From Carpediemonas membranifera BICM (lineage: Eukaryota > Protista > Fornicata): DNA of 64,000 nt. The first letter of the stretch is position 1. Every line of letters begins with the position of its first letter. Both the position numbers and the translations under genes were made by a program. The stretch spans positions 248,001 through 312,000 of the forward strand of contig JAHDYR010000005.1 in assembly GCA_019828565.1 (NCBI GenBank), read 5' to 3'. Under the pieces are notes generated by a model that made no database searches, was not told the DNA's origin, and saw only the letters and a program-made list of their open reading frames with translations. Positions 53,545 to 64,000 of the stretch are shown here, one piece after another.

Positions 53545-54590
53545 AGACGCAGGTACGGCGCGAAGCCAACCCTCTCGGACAAGCGTGGTCCGGGGCCAGT
53601 GACGGCAACCCCCTTGCTCTGGGCTGGGATTCCTGGGGTAAGCCGGCAGCGCTCAGGTGGGGTCCTGGAGCCTCACCCTGATCGTTTGGGTTTGGTCTCG
53701 AAATGTCCCGATTGGATCATTTCCAGAACCTCGAGAACGAGCCCGATGCCCACCGAAGAAGAGTTCAAGGAACTGAAGGACCTTCTGGAAGCTACAGTGG
53801 AAGAGAACAAGATCATTCGCGCTAGAATGGAAGGCATCGAAGAAGACGAGCATATGGAAGAGCGCGCGCCCAAGAATCTCGAGAGTGTGAAGAAGGAATT
53901 CACCGCCTGGATCAACTTCTTTGCTGAATACCGCAAGAAGATCACCGATCTCCCGGATGAAGCCTCGTTTGAAGAGATTGTCGCCATCGTTCGCAGCCTC
54001 GTGGAGAAGCGCTTGGAATACCTCCGCGTAGTGGACGCTTATGATGAAAGAACCGCCCGCAACTTCCTGGTGGAAGCAGAGGACTCAACGACCCGAAGAG
54101 ACCTCATGCGCGCCGCAATGAAAGCAGCCAGGGACTCCCTTGGTGCACGCATCAGGGGCCACGGACCAAAGCGAGTTGGCCAGCCGAGACACAAGTGCGG
54201 TTTCTGTGGTAAGACGGGTCATCCAGAGGAGCGCTGCTGGAGAAAGCACCCAGAGATAAAGCGCTAACTCGTACTTCTTTGATTACACTAGCCCGCAGGT
54301 TTAGGAGAGATGCTATCGTCGTTAAACTGGGGGCCCCAGTTGGCAAAAGCAATCGAACTTAACAACCAAGCGGTTGTTGGGTCAATCTCACGACAGGCAG
54401 ATGTTTGGATGCGGACGAATCCCCTCCTTGGGCCCACGGCGGCGCACTACGGCTGCCATACCCGGCGGGGCATTCGGCGGAGGTTTGAGTAATTCAAGCC
54501 TCCGCATTGCTCAGGGGAATGGCGCCCATTAAACATCCTTTCGCTCTGTAGGTCCCGTGGGGGTCGACCAAGGGTCGTGCCGAGACCAAC
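53545..54590 (+). mobile_element. YR-I: internally deleted element of the YR-F/G group
   Basis: gag, a pol stub at 54310-54425, then a B-like end AAACATCCTTTCGCT...TCGTGCC. Confidence 0.75.
53746..54267 (+). CDS. gag: YR-I gag (CCHC)
   Basis: Motifs KKEFTAW, KRLEYLRVVD and CGFCGKTGHPEERC. Confidence 0.82.
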   Translation: MPTEEEFKELKDLLEATVEENKIIRARMEGIEEDEHMEERAPKNLESVKKEFTAWINFFAEYRKKITDLPDEASFEEIVAIVRSLVEKRLEYLRVVDAYDERTARNFLVEAEDSTTRRDLMRAAMKAARDSLGARIRGHGPKRVGQPRHKCGFCGKTGHPEERCWRKHPEIKR

Positions 54591-55025
54591 GGCGACGTGA
54601 CAATTCCGCGACGGGGCGGAGACACGCCAAGTGCGGCGTCCTGGGCAAGCCTCCGAGATCCGGGAGATCCGAGGTGAATCTTTATGAGATTTGATAGGCG
54701 ATTTGATTGATGATTCGTTTGGCGGGAGGAGATCGAATCAGGCAGAAGGAGAGATGGAAGGAGAAGCAGAAGAAGTCAGAGCCCCTGACGAGCAGGGGAA
54801 CGTCCAACCAGTCGAAGAAGATGAGCTTAAGGTCCTACGCAAGGAACTACTCCTCATGAACGCTCGTGTGCAGGAGCTGCAGAGGAACGCCCGCAACGAG
54901 GGCTGGTCCAAGCCTCAGTCCTCCTCAATGCGCGAGGAAGCTGATTGGATCGAGCGCATATACCGTATGATGCGCTACGAGGAGCCGATCGACATCGACG
55001 TCATCTTGCTCGAGCTCTACGCACG

Positions 55026-58000
55026 TGTCGTGGATCTTTAGATCCATGCATATATTTATTCCTGATCTGATTACGATCTGGTCTTGATTTGTCTTTTATT
55101 TTTAAACACTTCGCATTGTTCGTTGTTGTTCTACCCCCGCGCGCCTACAACAGTAATATTACTGATGAACATTGAGCAACTAACGAATTATTTCGCCCCA
55201 TACCTGTCGTCCACTAAGGCAAAGGGCTGGTACTCCTTCAGAGAAAGCTACTACCTTTACGCCGTTCGAGCACGCGATCCTGCGCCGATATACGAGTGCG
55301 TTGCACGCACTGTGCTTGAGACTTTCGCCCTTGAAAGTGAAGACGTTCGACGCTTGATGCGTTACGTAGCCCTCCGACGCCAACGCCCTCAGGCCCAGCC
55401 TCGAGATCCACTTCTCTTTCTTCCGCCTCCGGCAGAAGAACAAGCTCTCGACGACGACAGCTCCAGTGATTCTTCATCCTCCGCCTCTTCCTCTTCCTCC
55501 TCCGAAGCTCCTGACCACGTCTCCATCGACTCTATCTTCTCCCACGAGTCCGACATGAACGATCCGACGATGCTTTACGCTTCAGCCCAGCATCTCAACA
55601 AGTTCTTTATTGACGCCGTCAACCGTATCTTCAAGCCCCGTGACAAGCAGAGTGCCCTCGATCGCTTCAACGATATAAGCTTTTCGAAGGGCCGCGAGCT
55701 ATACGAGAACATGATGCACTACTGTCTGCTGTACCGCCGTACCCTGCAAAACTGCTGTGACGTTCGCCCCAAGGAGTCTCATCTGGTAACCAAATTCCTA
55801 TCGAACATCAGCGACGCCCGTCTGCGCCAAAGGTGCAAGACCGAGGCCGACAAGCGCAGTCTGCGCAAGACGATGCAGCTCTCCCTCAGACAGGCCAAGG
55901 AGCAGGAACGCGTTCGGTACGAGACCAAGGCAGAAGCTGAATTAAAAGATCAGCCCTGCCTTGAGTTGACTGAAGATTACCTGGACGCTATTGATGAAGC
56001 CCATTCGTGCACCGATGTGCGTGATCGACCAATCTACCCAATTCACCTTGGGGACCACAAGGTCATGGCACTATACGACACTGGAGCCACCGCGAATTTC
56101 CTCAGCCTAGCCCTCGCGAAGTCAATCGGTGTCACGCTCAATCCAGAGCGCCATCGTATCAGGCTAGCCACCGGACAGATTGTTGTGTGCACCCATATCG
56201 CGCAACTCTCAGTCCACTTTCCCTCCGTGACAGGCCACGACCTGACAGCCGATATCAAGTTTATCATCCTCCCAAACCTTGATTTCGACGCCGTCATTGG
56301 CTTCCCCACGTTACGGAACACAGGCCTTTTCGAGATCCCAGAGGTCTCCGACATCTCCATCCTGGATGACGAGGAGGACATGGAACTGGACGCCATGGCG
56401 GAAGAACCCGATGAGCCGCGGATCGAACTATTTAGAGAAGAGATCCAAAGGCTACTGAAGAAGTACGACGTCACCGGCGACATTTCGTCCCCATCTCTCC
56501 TAGATCCCTTCACCATACGCACCAAGGATGCCCAAGTCATCAACCGTTATCCATACAGATACTCCGACTCCGTGATGAAAGAGATTCATCGTCAAACAGA
56601 CACCCTAGAGTCTCTACGAGTCCTGGAGCCGTCTGACTCCCCATACAACAACCCTATTGTCATGGCTGGCAAACGCAACGGTGAAGCCAGGATGTGTCTG
56701 GACTTTCGGGAGCTCAACAAGGTCACCCTGGACCTTATACATCCCCTACCATTGATCGATGACCTCGTGTCTCATCTCGAGGGCATGCAGTTTTTCGCTG
56801 CCTTGGACCTCACAAAAGCATTTCACCAGGTTGAGATTGACCCCCATTCTAGGCCTCTCACAGCTTTTACAGCTGGAAAGAAAAAGCTGCAATACTGCCG
56901 TATGCCCTTTGGGCTGAAAAACGCGCCTATTCACATGCAGCGGGCTCTTGAGAAGGCTATGGGCGGTGCACTCTACACTAAGTGCTTGGTCTACATCGAT
57001 GATATAGTAGTTTTGAGGAATACCTCGCAAACCTTCAAGATGTGCTGTCTCGCCTTTCCAGGCATGGCCTGAAGCTCAATCTAGCGAAGTCTGTGTTCTC
57101 CGCCACGGAGATAGACTATCTGGGCTGGCACATTGACGCACACGGTAAGCGGGTCTCCTCTGATCGCCTCGACGCCATTAAGGCCCTACGCCCCGCGACA
57201 TCTCTCACTGGTCTCCGCGCCCTCATTGGTCTAGCTAACTACTTCCGCGCTCTCCTACCCGACTACGCAACGAGGATGGAACCCCTTATCTCACTCACGA
57301 GGGCATCCAAGTTTGACTGGGGACAGGAGCAGGACGCTGCCTTAACCTGGATCAAGGACCGCCTCTTGAACGAGGAAGTCCTAGTCCACCCACGTCCCGG
57401 AGAGGCACTGCATTTATTTACAGACGCTTCTGACGTCGGGATAGGCGGTGTGCTGACCAACTCCGAGGGAAAACCCGTCGCATATTTTGCCAAGACTCTC
57501 TCGTCGACACAAAGACGATGGAGCACTATCGAGAAAGAGTGCTTCGCAATATTCCACGGCATTACGAAGCTTAGGCGCTACCTAGCCGGCAGAGTGTTTG
57601 AAATCCACACGGACCACCGCAATTTGACTTACATGCACCACAGTATCAACGCGAAGGTCATGCGCTGGGCCATGGCACTCTCCGAGTACGACTACAGCAT
57701 CAGCCACGTCGCTGGGGTCGATAACGGCGCTGCCGACGCTCTCTCTCGACTATTCACTTTGGACGACGTCCCTGACGAACGTTTCACCACCTTCCAAGCT
57801 CACCACAATGGCTCAGTAGGCCATCTTGGCCGTGACGCCACCTGCCGGAAAATCGCTCAAGCCGGTCTCTCATGGCCCGGCATGAAGTCCGACGTCCGTC
57901 GGTTCATTGGCGAATGCCCGGTTTGCCAGCTGGTGCGCTCTAAGCGATCCACTATCCCGTCGGAACGCCACTCTCTCATGGGGAGCTATCCCTTTGAAGT

Positions 58001-59591
58001 GGTCCAGGCTGACTCGATCGGCCCCATGGACGTCCCCGGGTGCCACTCTTACGGCCTTGTCGTGGTGGACACCTTCTCCCGTTTGACACAGGTTTATCCC
58101 ACCACCGATACAACCTCATCCGAGGCTATCCGCGTCCTGTCGTCTTGGAGACAACACTACGGCACCCCTGCCACTCTGATCACTGATGGAGCCTCGCAGT
58201 TCTGTTCTGAGGAGTTCAAGTCCTTCTGCAACCAGTCTAGCATTATTCACAAGGTCGGGACACCCTACCACCCAGCTGGGCAAGGATCCGTAGAAAGGCA
58301 GAATGAGGAGGTTAAGCGCCACCTGCGCGCATATCTCTTGGAGAATGATGGTACGTGGGAGGAGGGTGTGAACCAAATCACATCAATTATCAACAACGCC
58401 CCTCTCAGCACGTCTCAGCTATCGCCGAACCAGGTTTTATTCGGGAAGGAAGTACCGATACCTGCAGGCTCTCTCTCCATGGAGCTCTTCTACTCCACAC
58501 TCCAGGCTTTGAGGTCCGAACAGCTCAAAATGACCTCCCGGCAATCCCCTACAGCAACGCACGCAGCGGAGCACCTCGTGGGTCAGGGCGTGATAGTTCG
58601 CAGGAACACTACCGGCCACGTGATCACACGCGGTCCTTGTCGGATCATCCGCAAGGCCGAGCGGCCGAATGTGTACATTGTTCGTGACTTCACGCTCAAC
58701 AAGGACTTCGAAGCTCATGCTGACTCGCTAACTCACTTCAGGGGCACCTACACCGACAAAGAGCTTGCCGACTGGGCCGCCCGTCACCAAGGTGAGTACC
58801 TAGTCCGGTCCATCCTTGCTCACCGGGTCCGAGCTGGACGGCTGCAACTGTCCGTCGCGTATGAGGGGTACGATGACGCCGACTCCACATGGAACGAGTT
58901 CGATAAGTCTATGGATCAGCTCGAGGCGTTCGACGCGTACCTTGCCGCTCACCCCAGGCTCAAGAAGAACTTAAGACGGTACAAGTGGTGGCTTAAGCCA
59001 TCATCATAGCCGCAACATGTCCATACTGCACGTAAATGGACCTCTGTTTCTTCGTTCTCTACCGCTTTCACCGCCACCATCCGAAAACTAACTAATTTGA
59101 ACATAACTAAGTAACTGGTGGTGGATACCGCTTCTATACGGCTAACTACTTGATATTGATTACTTATATGGCTCGTCGTTGAGATCTTAGGCGGCTACGA
59201 GCTCGAACGGAGGGAAGAAAGCGAAAATAGCGAGAACTCGCCATTGAGGCCTCGTTGGGCCTTCTAAGGGCCATTTTCGCGCTCTTGTTGGGATCGTGCT
59301 CATTCAACTGGCATTACTTCCAGCAATAGGAAAACTCGTTGGATGTCGTCATCAATTGATTGCTGACGAGATTTTGATCCTGATTTCCCCTTTAGAGCAT
59401 CCCGAGGGAGCAACTGGGCTCACCATAGCTCAGTGGCGCCCAATTACTGACCATGGGAGGGAAGTGTCGTGGATCTTTAGATCCATGCATATATTTATTC
59501 CTGATCTGATTACGATCTGGTCTTGATTTGTCTTTTATTTTTAAACACTTCGCATTGTTCGTTGTTGTTCTACCCCCGCGCGCCTACAACA
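55026..59591 (+). mobile_element. Gy5: chromodomain Gypsy element
   Basis: 127-bp LTRs at 55026-55152 and 59465-59591; 5-bp TSD GCACG; PPT GGGAGGGAAG. Confidence 0.95.
55165..59009 (+). CDS. pol: Gy5 gag-pol (small deletion/frameshift near 57015)
   Basis: Motifs LYDTGA, YIDD, TDAS, TDGASQF...QGSVER, and chromodomain VAYEGY...STW. Confidence 0.92.
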
Positions 59592-60258
59592 GCACGCCAC
59601 CGATCTCTCGACATCAAGGACCGTTACGGCTACCAGGCAGCCGCAGCTGTGAGCATCGCTTCAAAGGCTTTCATCGCCACCCCGCCGAGAGACGCCCAAC
59701 ACACCGATGTTGCCACGCGCCAACTGGAGCTCGAGCAGCGCATTCTTCACACGCTGGCAAAATTTCCCCGTCTGGCCCAGGCTCAGCAAGAGCGCTCCGC
59801 CTTCAAGGCGGGCAAGCCCGGACCGAAAAGAAGCCGCCAGTAACAAGCCATCTTCAAGATCTCTCTCACCACCTCTCACACTCGCACATCCCTCCTCAAC
59901 GTCTCTCTCCTCCTCCGAGACTCCTCACATTTCCCACGATAGCCCGTCATCAGCTCTGGTCCGCCTCGGGAGCGCCCTCAGACGTGGTCTCGTGGATCGA
60001 GGCAGGCGTCCCGATCGAGATCACCGGGTCGCCACGTCAGCCCAAGCCCCGACCCCTATCGCCCGCGGCCTCCGAGTGCCTCCGACCACTCATGCAGGAG
60101 CTCGTCAAGTCCCAAGTCGTGCGCATCTGCAGTCGCAGGCCTCGTCTAGTCTCCCCCATATTCACTACTCCAAAGTCCGACGGCTCCCCGCGACTGATAC
60201 ACGATCTCAGAACGTTGAACGACGTCACGAAGGAGCGGCGGGTGTTCCGCCTTTTCGG

Positions 60259-60997
60259 CCTCGCTGAAAGGAACGATTCAAGGACTCTACTTCTCCGTAG
60301 AACAGGGAAGTTTACAGGAAAGTCGCTCAATGCGAACTCCAAAGGACGCAAGGAAGTAATCATGAACGCCAGACGCATCCTCTTCGCAACCGGCGTCACA
60401 GACAACAACACAGGACATCATTCTCAGAAACCCATGCGGCATCCACGGCCTCCGCGACCTTTTCTACATGCTCACAGAGGCGCTCAACCCCAGAGACGAG
60501 GAAGCTAAGGACATGGCACAGGCACTGGAGCCCAAGACGCTGAAAGCGGGCCTCACTGGCATGGCAAGATGGCCATCTGAGAAAGACATCGAGACGGCGA
60601 TCCTCAAGCCGAAGGAAGATGGACCCATCGAATGGGATGTAGACAGGGACAGCGTCAAGAAAGCCGAAGGGTCTTTCATACTGGTATCAGGGGCTCATGG
60701 AGACGAGGCCGTAAAAGGCGTACCTTACGACAAGGTATGGGATCCGGCAAACCAAGGCCCGATCACCAGAGTGGCCTACGAGCAAGAGGACGGCAAGTAC
60801 AGGGTCATCCTAGAGCTAGGCGACACGTCAGCATGGTCCATCAGCCGCTTCATGGAGGAGGCTAGGGACATCCTCAGGCTTCAGGCACCGGAGGCCCCGG
60901 CCATATGGCAGGCAGCATGGAACAAGTCAGGGATCTACCTGAAGGGCAGAACCAATATCCTGGGCGAAGGGGAGGAGACCCCCCTTAGCAACGAGCC
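60259..60997 (+). mobile_element. Fragment of LINE ORF1 (inverted near-copy of ~4439-5170)
   Basis: Near-identical sequence; joined to YR-J pol through CCTC microhomology and cut at the right by the Gy6 LTR. Confidence 0.9.
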
Positions 60998-61478
60998 TGT
61001 ACGGCAATTGCAAGTGCGTAAACGAAGAGTGTTTAATAGGGGGTTTAGACCACATATGCATAAATGGCCGAAACCAAATATCTGTATCTAATTCTGTATC
61101 TATAAATATATCTTGCGATATTGCTATCTATGGCCGTGGTAGGGTATGATAGCAACAGTGCCTCCCTCTTCTTTTTTCTTTGGAGGTATTGGAGCTCTCT
61201 TTGCGCTTATACTTTTGCATAAATGCGTAGCGTAATTCTTTGAGGCATTTGGGGATGAGAATCGGTATTTGTACAATGAAGGTAGTACTAAGCAGCTATC
61301 AGTATGTTACCTTCAAATCACGTGTTATTGAGCCTCAACAACGCTTCGTTGGCGAGTTCTGGCCGATTTTTCCTTCTGTTGGCGGAAAGCTGCAAGTGAC
61401 GGCTCAAAACCTTGTCGAAACATCTAAATAACAACATCAGTGTCTTTGAAAGGCTCAATGACCGCTATTGCTGTGCTT

Positions 61479-63693
61479 TTAGCGTTTAATTTTTCCTTCT
61501 AGCTCAGGATGCTGAGTGAAGTACTTGTCGATAGCCTCGAGGGATCTAACCTCGGACCATGGGAGCCATGAGGCCTCTTCAGGCTCAAAGCCTGCCCATT
61601 GCACTTCAAACTCATAGCCAGACTTGGTCTTTCTGTGGGCTGAGACCTCTGAAACTATGAACTCGTCGTTGTCGGTCGCGGCTAGGGCCTTCAGCTCCCT
61701 CAGTGTCAACGAGCCTCGCTCAAAAGGATGGCATCTGGAGGTGTGGACTCGCAGTGACTTGTGGGTGTTCAGGTCTTCTACAATGAGAGTTGCAGGGGTG
61801 TTGAACTCATTGCACTCATACCCGGTGACGCGTAGTGGGCCACGGTACCGTGCTACTGTCTTGGTTGGTCTAAAGGATGGATAGCTCAGTAGGATGTACT
61901 CAGGCAGAGCGGGGGTGATGCGTCCAGTGGCTTGGGACAGCACGGCTTGTACACGTTCAGCCTGTTTCGACTTAGCGGTGGCTATGGCGGCTTCGGCTGC
62001 TCGTCTCAGGTTGAGAGGTGTATCAGAAGCAGGGTTTCCTAGGACAAGCTCGCGGCCGAAGACAATCTCGTTCGGGGACACGCCAAGTGACGCGTGTCTC
62101 GCGGAATTGAGTATTGCTTGCACGAAAGGGATGTGCTGGGACCAGCGATCAAGATGCTTGATCTCCAATCTCCTCGCCATCATATGAGCGTTGATCTCGC
62201 GGTTAACTCTCTCCACAATACCATTGCTCTGGTGATGGTATGGTGCGGTGAAATGAAGATCGACGGCATGGCGGTCGCAAAGCCTGGCGAAGGTGTTGTT
62301 CTTAAACTGAGACCCGCTGTCTGTGATAATCCTCCTTGGAACTCCGTGGCGCAGGAACCAATGATTAACCACGCACGAGGCTGCTTCCTCGGCTGTTGTC
62401 GATCGGATAGGGGTCATCTCGACGTATCTGGAGAACAAGTCTACCATAACTAGGATGTGTTGGAACTCGCCGTCGATGGGGTAGGGTCCCATCGTATCAA
62501 TGCAGAGTGTATCCATAGGGAATGGTGCCTGGAGGGTCAGGTCAAATGACGACATCGGTCTGGTCGGGACAGTCTTCTGGCAGACGGGGCAGTGTGATAT
62601 GACATCTGCGACAGCTTGTCTCATGCTGGGCCAGGCGTGGCCATTGGCGCGCAGCTGCTGTACTGTTCTGTTCACAGAGAGATGTAGGCCGCCGAGTGTA
62701 TGGTGCTCCTTGATAGAGGCTGCGTGTGGGTTCTCCTCGGAGTTGGTCAAGGCTGTGCACACTCGGGATAGTCCATCAGCGGCACCGTTTGCGATACCTG
62801 GTACATGGATCACGTCATAGCTGAACTGTTCAAGGAGGAGGCTCCATCTTGCCACCTTGGCGTTAGCACTTTGGTGCATTCGAGTGAGATTGTGGTGGTC
62901 AGTGGCAATTGTGAAGTGTGCCCAGCGGAGATAGCGTTCGGCTTTGGACAGGCAATAAACTACCGCATACATCTCTTTCTCGATCGTGGGCCAACGCTTT
63001 TGGGCGCCGGTGAGTGCTTTGGACAGGTACATCAGAGGTTTGTCGTCCTGAAGCAGGACTCCTCCCACACCGTAGTCGGACGCGTCAGTGATGAGTTTCA
63101 GCTTGGCTCTCGGGTTATAGTGTACAAGAGTCGGGGCAGACGTGAGGCGGGATATGATGGTATCAAAGGCTGACTGGGCCTCGTGCGTCCATGAGAACTG
63201 TTTGTGTTTTGTGATCTCGTATAGTGGAGCTGATATAGTGGCGAAGTCGCTTCCGAGGTAGTCATGGAAGAAGTTGACTAGGCCGAGAAAGGAGCGGACT
63301 CCGGATACTGTTGACGGGGGCTTCATCTTCGTGAGGGCATCGATCCGGGCTGGGTCTATCTGTTTCCCTTCTGGTGTGATGAGCCACCCTAGATACTCAA
63401 ACTTCCTGAGTCCAAATTGAGACTTGTCAAGATTGACGCGAAGATTCAGCTCGACAGCGTTGTAGGACCTCTTTGATGTTAGCGATGAGGTCATCCTCGC
63501 ACTCTGCGAAGATTACAACATCATCTTGGTAAACCAGGCACTTGGAGTAGAGGAGCGTGTCTAGGGCTGTCTCCATTGCGTATTGGAAGTGGCTGCCGGC
63601 CTGCTTTAGGCCGAATGGGAGCCGGGAGTAGCGAAATCTACCAAGGTGGGTGGTGAAAGTGGTGAAGTCGCGTGATGCTGGGTCAATAGTCAA
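61479..63693 (-). pseudogene. pol: Gy6 pol (partial RT, RNase H, integrase, chromodomain)
   Basis: Motifs LPFGLK, YQDD, TDAS, TDSGSQF...NGIVER and VQWAGF..ASW. Confidence 0.9.
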
Positions 63694-63813
63694 AAGAGCA
63701 TGGGAGGGAAGTGTTGGTTCATCAATAGATTATTTAATAGTCTTGAGTCGTCCAGCTCGACACATGGGTGTCGAGCTCTATTCTTTGTAAAGCTTTGTTC
63801 TCACGAACCCACA
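63692..63813 (+). repeat. Gy7: PPT plus 3' LTR remnant (63712-63813) inserted in the Gy6 gag
   Basis: CATGGGAGGGAAG-TGT is the same PPT as in Gy5; a TG...CA AT-rich segment ends where the Gy6 gag resumes. Confidence 0.65.
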
Positions 63814-64000
63814 CTTGGGCTTCCGGCACTCGGGACTAAAATGGCCCTTGCCCCCGCAGTTGTAGCAGGTCGGCGTGGTGCTGGTGGGGCGAGCCCGATC
63901 GCGGGACCGCTTGTCCGGGCGATCTTGGCGGTGGCGGTCATACGGGCGGTCACGACGGTCACGACGGTCGTGCCGGTCACGGCTGTCCGCACGTTGGGGT

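Larger units (their letters stand above)
54590..60262 (+). mobile_element. YR-J: gag split by Gy5; pol truncated by a LINE fragment
   Basis: gag at 54754-55025 plus 59597-59843 (LYAR|HRSLDIKDRYG); pol stub ends at RLIHDLR...FRLFGL. Confidence 0.82.
60998..64000 (-). mobile_element. Gy6: chromodomain Gypsy element on the minus strand (runs off the window; PR and RT N-terminus deleted)
   Basis: 3' LTR at ~60998-61157 preceded by a PPT; pol at 61479-63693; gag Zn knuckle CYNCGGKGHFSPEC at ~63825-63870. Confidence 0.88.

Overview
This is a eukaryotic (probably compact-protist) window made almost entirely of nested transposable elements. The only host-type gene seen is a tRNA-Gly(GCC). The backbone is about ten head-to-tail, co-oriented tyrosine-recombinase (DIRS/PAT-like, split-direct-repeat) retrotransposons, labelled YR-A to YR-J. 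These are interrupted by eight chromodomain-type Ty3/Gypsy LTR elements or remnants (Gy0-Gy7) with very short LTRs, one two-ORF DD37E Tc1/IS630-type DNA transposon, and an APE-type LINE plus a fragment of it. Four observations stand out. (1) The LINE's large upstream ORF contains a Maelstrom-like DEDD/ECHC nuclease domain. (2) All five intact Gypsy elements have a perfect 10-14 bp palindrome instead of a tRNA primer-binding site. (3) Two Gypsy families carry an antisense, intron-containing accessory gene, which ends in a chromodomain in the complete copy; a motif upstream of it recurs in four families. (4) YR elements appear to insert at each other's B/A repeat junction, forming a cassette-like array. 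Many frameshifts lie in homopolymers and may be assembly errors. All calls come from reading the sequence by eye; no searches were run.
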